A stretch of 51,457 nucleotides of DNA from Rhodoferax sp. Its GTDB lineage: Bacteria; Pseudomonadota; Gammaproteobacteria; Burkholderiales; Burkholderiaceae_C. Under the pieces are notes generated by a model. The model did not search any database, had not been told where the DNA came from, and was given only the letters and a program-made list of their open reading frames with translations. Location of the stretch: assembly GCA_031417575.1 (NCBI GenBank), contig JANOVW010000050.1, positions 1 through 51,457 of the forward strand, in the 5' to 3' direction. Position 1 is the stretch's first letter; every line of letters begins with the position of its first letter. Positions 38,653 to 46,729 of the stretch are shown here, one piece after another. A program made the translations under genes and the position numbers.

Positions 38653-39786
38653 ATGGAAGCCGCCCCTGAAAGCCCCGTACCACCGCCCGCTGCTTTGGCC
38701 GATCAGCCCCTTGAGCACCTGGTGAAAGGCACGCCACAGTTCACGCGCAACAAGGCACTTTTCTGGCTGCTGGTGGCCGCGTCGTTGAGCCTGGCCTGGA
38801 TACTGTTGCCGTTCTACGCACCGATCATGTGGGCGTTTACCTTTGCGCTGATGTTTGCGCCTTTGAATCAATGGTTGCTCAAACGCATGAAGGGCGAAGC
38901 CAATGCTGCAGCTGTGCTGACCCTGCTGATCGTGATCGCGGTGGTGATCTTCCCGCTGGTACTGGTGGTATTGGCAATAGCTGGCGACATTGCTGAATTG
39001 AATCGCCGATTGATGACTGGCGAATTGAACCCCCTGCGGTATTTGCACGCCTTGTTCGACAACCTGCCACAGTGGACGCGTTTACTGCTGGAACGCCTGG
39101 GCCTGAAAGATTTCGACAGTGTGGAGCGCCGTGGCACGGCTGCCATGGCCCAGGCTAGTCAGTACGTTGGAGGGCAAGCCCTGAGCATCGGCTTGGACGC
39201 ATTTGATGTGGTGATCGGAATGTTCATTGCGCTCTATCTGGCCTTTTTCATGCTGCGTGACGGTGAACAGCTGGCGCGAACCTTGCACGACGCGTTTCCG
39301 CTGGCACCTGGTTACAAATACCAACTACGCAACAAATTTGCCACGGTGGTTCGGGCCACCATCAAGGGCAACTTCCTGATCGCCGGTATCCAGGGCGCAC
39401 TGGGGGGATTGGCGTTCTGGTTTCTGGGTATTCAGGGTGCGCTTTCGTGGGCGGTGTTGATGGCATTGTTATCGTTGCTGCCCGCTATTGGAGCCGGTTT
39501 GGTATGGGTGCCGGTCGCCTTGTATTTTTTTATCACGGGTGCGATATGGCAGAGCGTGGCGCTGACGGCCTTCGGCGTGCTGGTGATAGGCCTGGTCGAC
39601 AACATTTTGCGGCCCGCCTTGGTGGGCCGAGACACCCGTCTGCCTGACTACCTGGTGATGATCAGCACATTGGGTGGCATGGCTGTTTTCGGCATCAATG
39701 GTTTTGTGTTGGGGCCGGTGATCGCAGCACTGTTCATAGCCGTGTGGCATATCCATGGCACCACCCGCACCGACACCACGCCTTGA
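38653..39786 (+). CDS. AI-2E family transporter (PerM/YhhT-like permease)
   Basis: Eight predicted TM helices, with LLPAIGAGLVWVP and DNILRP motifs. Confidence 0.88.
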   Translation: MEAAPESPVPPPAALADQPLEHLVKGTPQFTRNKALFWLLVAASLSLAWILLPFYAPIMWAFTFALMFAPLNQWLLKRMKGEANAAAVLTLLIVIAVVIFPLVLVVLAIAGDIAELNRRLMTGELNPLRYLHALFDNLPQWTRLLLERLGLKDFDSVERRGTAAMAQASQYVGGQALSIGLDAFDVVIGMFIALYLAFFMLRDGEQLARTLHDAFPLAPGYKYQLRNKFATVVRATIKGNFLIAGIQGALGGLAFWFLGIQGALSWAVLMALLSLLPAIGAGLVWVPVALYFFITGAIWQSVALTAFGVLVIGLVDNILRPALVGRDTRLPDYLVMISTLGGMAVFGINGFVLGPVIAALFIAVWHIHGTTRTDTTP

Positions 39787-39811
39787 GCCCAACAGCCGGC
39801 CCTACACGGCT

Positions 39812-40504
39812 TCAAGCCACCATTGCGCCCGATTGGCCACTGCGCTGTTGGAGCATCTGGCGATCGAGCACATCTATCTGGCCCCGGCTGTAGCGGATGG
39901 CGCCAGCCCGTTGCAGCTTTAATGCTGCTGCAGTCACGCCTTCACGCCGCACCCCCAGCAGATCAGCCAGCAGTTCTTGTGTCATGGTCAGGGCGGCAGA
40001 CTCCAAACGCTCCAGGCCCATCAGCAAACGGCGGCACATCAACTGATCGATCGACTGGTAGCGGTTGCACGCAGCAGTTTGTGCCACCTGCGCCATTAAG
40101 GCCTGGGCATACACCAACACGATGCCCGGGACTGGGCCTTGGCGGTTCATGGCATCTTTGACACACTGCACACGCAAGCGGTAAGCCTGCCCGGCGCTTT
40201 GTACCACGGCATCACTCGGGGTGGAGTTGCCCCCCATGAAGACGGAGACACCCACCACCCCATCTTTACCGACGACTGCAATTTCGGAAGAATCGCCGTC
40301 TTGCGTGCGGTACAACAACGAGACGATCGCTGTGGTCGGGAAGTAGACATAAGCTGGTGTGCGTCCTGATTCGCTCAAGACCTGGCCCAGCCGCAGATTG
40401 ACCGGTTCGAGTTCTGGTAACCATTGCTGCCATTCGACATCTGGCAAACTGGCCAGCAGCAAGTTATGGCGTGGATCGGAGCACGGGTCGGTGTTTGTAT
40501 TCAT
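39812..40504 (-). CDS. Crp/Fnr-family transcriptional regulator (no Fe-S Cys cluster)
   Basis: cNMP-binding fold plus a C-terminal HTH (QELLADLLGVRREGVTAAALKLQ). Confidence 0.88.
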   Translation of the reverse strand: MNTNTDPCSDPRHNLLLASLPDVEWQQWLPELEPVNLRLGQVLSESGRTPAYVYFPTTAIVSLLYRTQDGDSSEIAVVGKDGVVGVSVFMGGNSTPSDAVVQSAGQAYRLRVQCVKDAMNRQGPVPGIVLVYAQALMAQVAQTAACNRYQSIDQLMCRRLLMGLERLESAALTMTQELLADLLGVRREGVTAAALKLQRAGAIRYSRGQIDVLDRQMLQQRSGQSGAMVA

Positions 40505-40729
40505 GAAACTCTCGCATGGCTGAATGAGTCCTCATGATCCGGGCGCGTTGAATTTGGCGCCATCAGCCGCAGCCGTTTTAAGTTGTCAGTGCGTTCCTAC
40601 GCTGTTGAGCCGGGCTGCCGGCAAACGACAGTATTCTTTTTTGACGCCACCGCAACACTCACATGCGCAGCAGGTGGGCGTCATCTCGCGAACCGCTTGC
40701 ATAGCGTTTGCAAGCGCTTTGTGCGGCAT

Positions 40730-40745
40730 CGCGGCGTTGTCCTAC
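40730..40745. promoter_or_regulatory. operator site 4 (exact right heptad TGTCCTACATC, weak left arm)
   Basis: Lies 111 nt upstream of the BON gene ATG. A near-heptad GTTCCTAC lies at 40593-40600. Confidence 0.35.
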
Positions 40746-40855
40746 ATCGAGCCGTAACGCCAACTGATAACGCAGGGCAGACTTGCCTCATAAAGTCAAT
40801 CCAGATTCGACGCAACCCGCATCCAGCACCATCGAAGCGTCACAGGAGAACCATC

Positions 40856-41197
40856 ATGCGCATTTACACCACGTGGGGAACCATTGCCGCCGCAATTGCC
40901 ACTACGCTTGTCGTCGCTATTGCCTTGATGGCCTTGACCGCCTGCGTGGTTAGTCCTTCCCGCGAAGCGCAAAGCATTCTGATGGACGATGCCGGCATCA
41001 CGCAGCAGGTCAAATCCCGTTTTGTGGACAGCCCGCAAGTCGATGGTCGCGCTATCCACGTTGAAACATTGCACGGAACCGTTTTACTGACCGGTGTTGC
41101 CAGCACCCCACTCGATAAGGCCGTCGCCAGTGAAATTGCGCTGGGTGTTGCCGGTGTACGGTTGGTGCAAAACGAAATCACGATACGTCAACGATGA
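40856..41197 (+). CDS. BON-domain lipoprotein
   Basis: ..LTAC lipobox and a single BON domain. AGGAGA RBS. Confidence 0.88.
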   Translation: MRIYTTWGTIAAAIATTLVVAIALMALTACVVSPSREAQSILMDDAGITQQVKSRFVDSPQVDGRAIHVETLHGTVLLTGVASTPLDKAVASEIALGVAGVRLVQNEITIRQR

Positions 41198-41260
41198 GCC
41201 CGTGATGGTCCGGTGCAAACCGGGCTGGCATTTTTCAATCTTCAATCAAAGGAACTTCAT

Positions 41261-41488
41261 ATGAACTGGGATCAAATTCAAGGCAACTGGAAACAATCGG
41301 TTGGCAAAGTCAAAGAACAGTGGGGACAACTGACGGATGACGACCTGGATGTCGTGGCTGGCCGCCGCGACCAATTGGCCGGCAAGATCCAGGAGCGTTA
41401 TGGCATTGCCAAAGACGACGCAGAAAAGCAGTTGGCCGAGTGGCAACGCAAAGCCTCTGACACCTGGTTTCCAAAAACCAAAAACTGA
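41261..41488 (+). CDS. CsbD-family stress protein
   Basis: MNWDQIQGNWKQ..GKVKEQWGQLTDDDLD..GRRDQLAGKIQERYG. Confidence 0.92.
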   Translation: MNWDQIQGNWKQSVGKVKEQWGQLTDDDLDVVAGRRDQLAGKIQERYGIAKDDAEKQLAEWQRKASDTWFPKTKN

Positions 41489-41517
41489 CCCCACCAGACT
41501 GGATTGGGGGCCTCGGC

Positions 41518-42240
41518 ATGAACTGCTCCACGCTTTTACCTGCACCGAGCGCCTGTTTGGGTTGCCGCTTGCGCGAAATGTGTCTGCCAGCGGGCATGAC
41601 CGACGCGCAGGTGGAGCAGTTCAGCCAAGGCGTGACCAGCAAGCGCCGCATCAAGGTGGGGCAGGCCCTCTACCAACAAGGTGACACATTTCACACGATT
41701 TACGCTATTCGCAGTGGTACGCTGAAATCCAGCCTGATGCTGGCGGATAGCCGTGAACAGGTTAGCGGTTTCCACATCGCGGGCGAACAGGTCGGTCTGG
41801 ACGGCATAGCCCACGCCAGGCATGCCACCACAGCCATCGCGCTGGAAGACACCGAAGTTTGCGCCATCACCTATGCCGGCCTCGTGCCACTATTGCTTTC
41901 CATGGGTCGCGAACACGTACTGAGCCGACTGATGAGCCATGAAATTGTGCGGGATCAGCGTCTTTTGTTGATGTTGGGCAGCATGAACGCGGCGCAGCGG
42001 CTGGCAGGTTTTTTGATCAACCTGGCAGGTCGGCTCAAAGGCTTGGGGTATGCCTCCGGCGAATTTCATTTGCGCATGACACGAGCCGACATTGGCAGCC
42101 TGTTATGCATGAAGATTGAAACCGTTAGCCGGATGTTTTCCGCCTTTCAAAAACAACGTTTGCTGAAGGTTGACAAGCGGCATATCCAGATATTGGATGC
42201 GCAAGGCCTGGCCAGCGCCTTTGCGGCACCCCGAACCTGA
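41518..42240 (+). CDS. fnr: FNR/Anr-type oxygen-sensing Crp/Fnr regulator
   Basis: The N-terminal C13-x2-C16-x5-C22 spacing, plus a central Cys (EDTEVC), matches the FNR [4Fe-4S] ligand spacing. C-terminal HTH (RADIGSLLCMKIETVSRMFSAF). Confidence 0.85.
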   Translation: MNCSTLLPAPSACLGCRLREMCLPAGMTDAQVEQFSQGVTSKRRIKVGQALYQQGDTFHTIYAIRSGTLKSSLMLADSREQVSGFHIAGEQVGLDGIAHARHATTAIALEDTEVCAITYAGLVPLLLSMGREHVLSRLMSHEIVRDQRLLLMLGSMNAAQRLAGFLINLAGRLKGLGYASGEFHLRMTRADIGSLLCMKIETVSRMFSAFQKQRLLKVDKRHIQILDAQGLASAFAAPRT

Positions 42241-42252
42241 ACGGCGGTCCGC

Positions 42253-43236
42253 GTGAAGTTCAAGGATTACTACGCTGCCCTGGGCGTGGCCCGCGATGCT
42301 GATCTGGAGCAGATCAAAAAGGCCTACCGAAAACTGGCACGCCAACATCACCCGGACATGTCCAAAGCGGCTGGTGCAGAGGCCCGTTTCAAAGACGTGG
42401 CTGAAGCGTATGCCACCTTAAAGGACCCGGAAAAACGCGCTGCTTATGATGGCTTGGGCAGCCACCCGGAAGGCCAGGAATTTGAGCCACCCCACGCAGA
42501 CCGCTCGCGTGGGTTTGACAGCAACAACTTTGACGACATGGATCTGGCTGACTTATTGGCGTCGCTAGGCCGTGGCCACCGCCAGTCTGGCCGAGCCCCT
42601 GGCCCCATGCCGGGGCCAGATTTTGAAACCGGCTTGCAGGTCACACTGGAAGATGCCCACCGGGGTACGACCGTTCACCTGACTCTGCAAACCAGCGACG
42701 GCGAACGTACCCTGGAAGTCACGGTGCCAGCGGGCGTAACAGAAGGCCAAAAACTCAGGCTGCGCGGCAAAGGCGGCAAAGGCCATGCGGGTGGTGCCGA
42801 TGGCGACATCTACTTGCACATCACCCTGCAACCGCATGCCGTGTTCCGCACCGACCACCATGATCTGTATTTTGATTTGGCGTTGACCCCTTGGGAGGCT
42901 GCACTCGGCACAGACGTGCAAGTGGCCACGTTAGACCAACCCGTTATGCTGACTGTTCCCCCGTTGACGCCCTCTGGCCGCAAGTTGCGCCTGCGCGGGC
43001 GTGGCCTGCCCAACCCCCGTGCAGGTGCAGTGGGCGTACCGGGTGCGGCGGCTTCACCGGATTCAAAAAGGCATGGCGATTTGTACGCAGTTGTTCGAAT
43101 CGACATGCCAACCAGCCTGAACGCCGCACAACGCAAGCTTTTTGAAGAGATTGCTTCCTCATCGACCTTCAACCCCAGGGCGAACCCCGCAGCCCCGCAA
43201 CCCAAAGAGAAATCCCATGACACCCCAACTGACTGA
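42253..43236 (+). CDS. cbpA: curved-DNA-binding protein CbpA (DnaJ homologue)
   Basis: J domain (KDYYAALGV..HHPD) plus DnaJ C-terminal domains, with no zinc finger. GTG start. Confidence 0.9.
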   Translation: MKFKDYYAALGVARDADLEQIKKAYRKLARQHHPDMSKAAGAEARFKDVAEAYATLKDPEKRAAYDGLGSHPEGQEFEPPHADRSRGFDSNNFDDMDLADLLASLGRGHRQSGRAPGPMPGPDFETGLQVTLEDAHRGTTVHLTLQTSDGERTLEVTVPAGVTEGQKLRLRGKGGKGHAGGADGDIYLHITLQPHAVFRTDHHDLYFDLALTPWEAALGTDVQVATLDQPVMLTVPPLTPSGRKLRLRGRGLPNPRAGAVGVPGAAASPDSKRHGDLYAVVRIDMPTSLNAAQRKLFEEIASSSTFNPRANPAAPQPKEKSHDTPTD

Positions 43237-43606
43237 TTGGATTTGGCTGGACATGCGGCAAACCGTGTCGCTGGCGGAGTTGTCGCAGGCCTGCGGCTTG
43301 TCTTCGGAGGAACTGGGGGAACTGATGGACTACGGCGCACTGGCACCCTCACAACCGCTGCAACCACAACGTCGCTCACCCGATGAGGTGGCATCGCAGT
43401 TGCCGCATCAATTCCGTGCTGACTGGATCACGCGGCTACGCACTGCCGCCGGTTTGCGCCTGCACTATGACCTGGATCTGTTCAGCATGGGCATGATGCT
43501 GGGATACCTCACGCGCATTGAAGACCTGGAGCGACAACTGGCCTCGCTGCTGGCGCAGTCACCCAGGGCGGCGCGACCCAGTCCCGGCCAAGGATATGAA
43601 AACTGA
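43217..43606 (+). CDS. cbpM: chaperone modulatory protein CbpM (MerR-like)
   Basis: Overlaps the cbpA 3' end by 20 nt. Has the ..VSLAELSQACGLSSEELGELMDYG motif. Confidence 0.82.
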   Translation: MTPQLTDWIWLDMRQTVSLAELSQACGLSSEELGELMDYGALAPSQPLQPQRRSPDEVASQLPHQFRADWITRLRTAAGLRLHYDLDLFSMGMMLGYLTRIEDLERQLASLLAQSPRAARPSPGQGYEN

Positions 43607-43613
43607 ACTGAAA

Positions 43614-43631
43614 ATGGCCCGAACGGGCCAT
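43614..43631 (-). terminator. intrinsic terminator of the OsmB-like gene
   Basis: On the minus strand: atggccc-gttc-gggccat followed by ttttcagttcagtttt. Confidence 0.6.
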
Positions 43632-43692
43632 GGCAGAACCGCTGCTGCGACAGCGTAGTCGCCAAGCTTTCGCCTGACGGAGCTGCCACAGT

Positions 43693-43911
43693 CTATCGCT
43701 GACGGTTCACTTCGCTGCCGATCACACCACCGACTGCGGCGCCTGCTCCGGTGCACAAGATGCCACCACACAGCAGGTTGCCGGCTACGCCGCCGATCAC
43801 GGCGCCGGTGGCAATGCCTTGTTCCTGACGGGTCATGCCTGAGCAGCCCGACAGCAACACAAGTGCCACGGCTGCGATGGCCAGACTGGATTGGGTATAG
43901 ATTGATTTCAT
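43693..43911 (-). CDS. OsmB-like glycine-zipper lipoprotein
   Basis: LLSGCS lipobox, then GAVIGGVAGN..GAGAAVGGVIGSEV. Confidence 0.85.
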   Translation of the reverse strand: MKSIYTQSSLAIAAVALVLLSGCSGMTRQEQGIATGAVIGGVAGNLLCGGILCTGAGAAVGGVIGSEVNRQR

Positions 43912-43950
43912 GATGAAGGCTCCTGTTGAAAAAGTTGATGAGGAGCCTTC

Positions 43951-43956
43951 AGTATG
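43951..43956 (-). promoter_or_regulatory. -10-like box CATACT (OsmB-like gene)
   Basis: Lies exactly 45 nt from operator site 5. The TGTCTGCT and ATCAAC blocks sit at the same offsets as upstream of the crystallin gene. Confidence 0.4.
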
Positions 43957-44001
43957 GCCAGCCCTCAAGGCGCCGGGTAGCAGACATCGCCGCTGACTGC
44001 G

Positions 44002-44017
44002 GTAGTAGATGTCCTAC
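44002..44017. promoter_or_regulatory. 7-2-7 operator site 5 (GTAGTAG-AT-GTCCTAC)
   Basis: Same variant and same 45-nt phasing as site 1. Confidence 0.5.
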
Positions 44018-44083
44018 ACAAAGGGTGTTGTTGGTTCAGTCAAATCGCAGGGCCTTGCCAATCGGCTCTCTGGTTGCAACACC

Positions 44084-44099
44084 GTAAGCCATGTCCTAC
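44084..44099. promoter_or_regulatory. 7-2-7 operator site 6 (GTAAGCC-AT-GTCCTAC)
   Basis: The right heptad is exact and the left arm matches 5/7. Lies 35 nt upstream of GATACA (44135-44140) and 120 nt upstream of the DUF1328 ATG. Confidence 0.45.
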
Positions 44100-44218
44100 G
44101 CCAATGCGTGTCGTTGGCTCACGGTGATCGGGCTGATACACCTATGGTTTGCCAACCCTGTTGCAGCCAAACTTGCTGCATGGCGGTGGCTTTTCACCGC
44201 CTTCAGCAGGAGTTCAAC

Positions 44219-44383
44219 ATGCTTCACTACACCGTTGTATTTTTTGTCATCGCCTTGATCGCCGCCCTTTTCGGGTTTGGTGGCATCGCCGCAGGCGCGG
44301 TCGAGATCGGCAAGATTCTTTTCACTGTTTTCGCGGTTCTGGCCGTCGTCAGTTTTCTGGTCGGCCTGGTTCGTAAAAACTGA
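44219..44383 (+). CDS. DUF1328 (UPF0391/YtjA-like) small membrane protein
   Basis: [27 protein letters not shown].. AGGAG RBS. Confidence 0.88.
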   Translation: MLHYTVVFFVIALIAALFGFGGIAAGAVEIGKILFTVFAVLAVVSFLVGLVRKN

Positions 44384-44492
44384 CCCTTATTTTCATGGTG
44401 TCAGCACTTGCATGAGCAGACACCTTGCACGGTTTTTTTGTTCCCCTTCCTCGTCCCCTTCCCTTTCACAACTATTTTCACCGGAGATATTC

Positions 44493-44807
44493 ATGACCTT
44501 TCGCAAACTTGCCATCATCACATTGTCTAGCTTGGCCCTGCTCACCGCCACCGGCTGCGCCGTTACACGCGGCCAGGAAACCGTGGGTGCGTATGTGGAC
44601 GACACCGTGATCACCTCAACTGTTAAATCGCGTTTTATTGAAGACACACAGGTCAGCGCGGCAGCCATCAGTGTGGAAACCCTCAACGGCACCGTGATGC
44701 TGTCGGGTTTTGCCAAGAGCAACCTGGAACGCAATGCCGCCGAAACGATCGCGCGGCGCGTGAATGGTGTGAAGCTGGTGAAGAACGAGATCGCCGTTCG
44801 ACCTTGA
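44493..44807 (+). CDS. BON-domain lipoprotein
   Basis: ..LTATGC lipobox and a single BON domain. GGAGA RBS. Confidence 0.88.
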   Translation: MTFRKLAIITLSSLALLTATGCAVTRGQETVGAYVDDTVITSTVKSRFIEDTQVSAAAISVETLNGTVMLSGFAKSNLERNAAETIARRVNGVKLVKNEIAVRP

Positions 44808-44978
44808 ACTGAACCCGCGGCGCAAGTTGCGGGTCACAGCAGGTCACGCTACCTCAGGCGGGCCTTGCTGTAACCGTTCGGCAGGTACTGGCTCAGTTCA
44901 TCGCGACATTGAAAAAGACAAACCCGAACGCTTGTCTACCGCTTCAAAAATTGTCGCCCACTGCGTAAAAAACGCACC

Positions 44979-46697
44979 TCAATCATCCAAGCCCAGTTCC
45001 TGAATCTTGCGGGTGATGGTGTTGCGGCCGATGCCGAGTTTTTGTGCGGCCTCGATACGGCGGCCCTTGGTATGGGTCAAGGCGGTAGTGATGAGCTGGG
45101 CTTCAAAACGGCGGGTCAATACATCCCACACATCTGGTTTGCCGTTAGCCAACAAAGTTTGCGCTTCGGCTTCGACACCGATCTCCCAAGCCGAACGGGC
45201 CGTTGGCAATGCCGCCGCCATTGCGGCCACGTTTGACGCGTCTGCACGTGCAGGCTCTGCACCGGGCTCGGCCGGCTCACCTGCGCTCAGCGCAGCATTG
45301 ATCGAGCCCGTGCCATCCGCAGCACCCAGACCGGCCGCAACCCCACCTGATGCTCCTGCGTAAGATGCAGCCGAATAGACTGGCACATTCGACATAGGAG
45401 CGATGGCGCTTTGCATGGGCTGGTCATCAGCACTCACCCGGGCAGCTATTGGCAACCCGCCTGGGCTGCTGCCTTCGCGGTTGGGTGGCGTGCCTTCACC
45501 ACCCGAAACCAAGCCTTCCAACACCTCCGGTGGCAAGTCTTTAGGCTCAATCATTTGAGCCGGGGCCATCACCATCAGCCAGTGGCAGATGTTTTCGAGT
45601 TGCCGCACGTTTCCCGGGAAGTTAAATGCGCACAGCGCAGCCAAGGCGGCCTCTGAAATACGTTTGGACTCAACCCCCAATTGCACTGCGCTCACATGCA
45701 GGAAGTGCTGCGTCAGCACCGCAATGTCTTCACGCCGCTCGCGCAGGGGCGGCAGACGCAGGCGGATGACGTTCAAGCGGTGAAACAGGTCTTCCCGGAA
45801 CACCCCGTCTTTGACGCGCTGCTCCAGGTTCTGATGGGTTGCCGCAATGACCCGCACATTGGTCTTGATGGCGGTGTGGCCGCCAACGCGGTAAAAATTA
45901 CCATCGCTCAACACCCGCAGCAAACGGGTTTGAAGGTCATACGGCATGTCGCCGATTTCGTCAAGAAACAAGGTGCCACCGTCGGCCTGCTCAAACCGGC
46001 CCCGGCGCATGGTTTGTGCACCGGTAAATGCACCCCGCTCGTGGCCGAAGAGTTCACTCTCAAGCAGATCTTTGGGAATGGCCGCTGTGTTGATGGCCAC
46101 AAACGGCCCATTGCTGCCCTTGGCGCTGGCATCGCCACGCGGCGAATGTTTGTGCAGGGCGCGGGCCACCAGCTCTTTGCCGGAACCCGATTCGCCCGTG
46201 ATCATCACGGTAACGTTGCTCTGGCTCAGCCGGCCAATCGCCCGAAAAACATCTTGCATCGCCGGGGCTTGGCCCAGCATTTCCGGTGCGGCTACCGGGC
46301 GCGAATCGGCCACTGCTTCACGCTGGCTTTCATCCACCGCGCGGCGGATCAGCTCGACCGCTTTGGGCACGTCAAACGGTTTGGCCAAATACTCGAAGGC
46401 TCCACCCTGGAAGGCGCTCACGGCGCTGTCCAAGTCCGAATACGCCGTCATGATGATGACCGGCAAACCAGGGTATTTCGCTTTGACTTTATCCAACAGT
46501 TCCAGGCCCGAGCCACCCTGCATGCGGATGTCGCTCACCAGGATTTGCGGAATCTCGTCGTCGCTGGCGGTGTTGAGTGCGGTCAACACGTCTTTGGGGT
46601 TGGTGAAACTGCGGGTCGGCAGGTTCTCACGCAGCAGCGCTTTTTCCAGTACGAAGCGGATGGACTGGTCGTCATCTACTAACCAGATCGGCTTCAT
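44979..46697 (-). CDS. ntrC: nitrogen regulation protein NtrC (sigma-54-dependent response regulator)
   Basis: Receiver domain, AAA+ domain ([22 protein letters not shown]) and a Fis-type HTH. An unusually long Ala/Gly-rich linker precedes the HTH. Confidence 0.95.
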   Translation of the reverse strand: MKPIWLVDDDQSIRFVLEKALLRENLPTRSFTNPKDVLTALNTASDDEIPQILVSDIRMQGGSGLELLDKVKAKYPGLPVIIMTAYSDLDSAVSAFQGGAFEYLAKPFDVPKAVELIRRAVDESQREAVADSRPVAAPEMLGQAPAMQDVFRAIGRLSQSNVTVMITGESGSGKELVARALHKHSPRGDASAKGSNGPFVAINTAAIPKDLLESELFGHERGAFTGAQTMRRGRFEQADGGTLFLDEIGDMPYDLQTRLLRVLSDGNFYRVGGHTAIKTNVRVIAATHQNLEQRVKDGVFREDLFHRLNVIRLRLPPLRERREDIAVLTQHFLHVSAVQLGVESKRISEAALAALCAFNFPGNVRQLENICHWLMVMAPAQMIEPKDLPPEVLEGLVSGGEGTPPNREGSSPGGLPIAARVSADDQPMQSAIAPMSNVPVYSAASYAGASGGVAAGLGAADGTGSINAALSAGEPAEPGAEPARADASNVAAMAAALPTARSAWEIGVEAEAQTLLANGKPDVWDVLTRRFEAQLITTALTHTKGRRIEAAQKLGIGRNTITRKIQELGLDD

Positions 46698-46729
46698 TCG
46701 GTAGGTTCTCGGGTTGGCAGGTTGAGCGG

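Noticed and set aside
39799-39805. Near-heptads GCCCTAC (39799-39805, also 10020-10026 and 16500-16506) and GTAGGGC (30709-30715), considered as additional operator copies.
   Set aside because: They carry one mismatch in the core and lack a partner arm at 2-nt spacing. Most lie in coding or convergent 3' regions. GTAGGGC, 65 nt upstream of the YXWGXW gene, remains a weak possibility.
40524-40757. A 77-aa ORF in the Crp/BON intergenic region.
   Set aside because: It has no RBS and a non-protein-like composition. It overlaps operator-type motifs and hairpins, so it is treated as non-coding.
41231-41255. ttcaatcttcaatcaaagg upstream of csbD, considered as an FNR/CRP box.
   Set aside because: It does not fit TTGAT-N4-ATCAA, because only one half-site is present.
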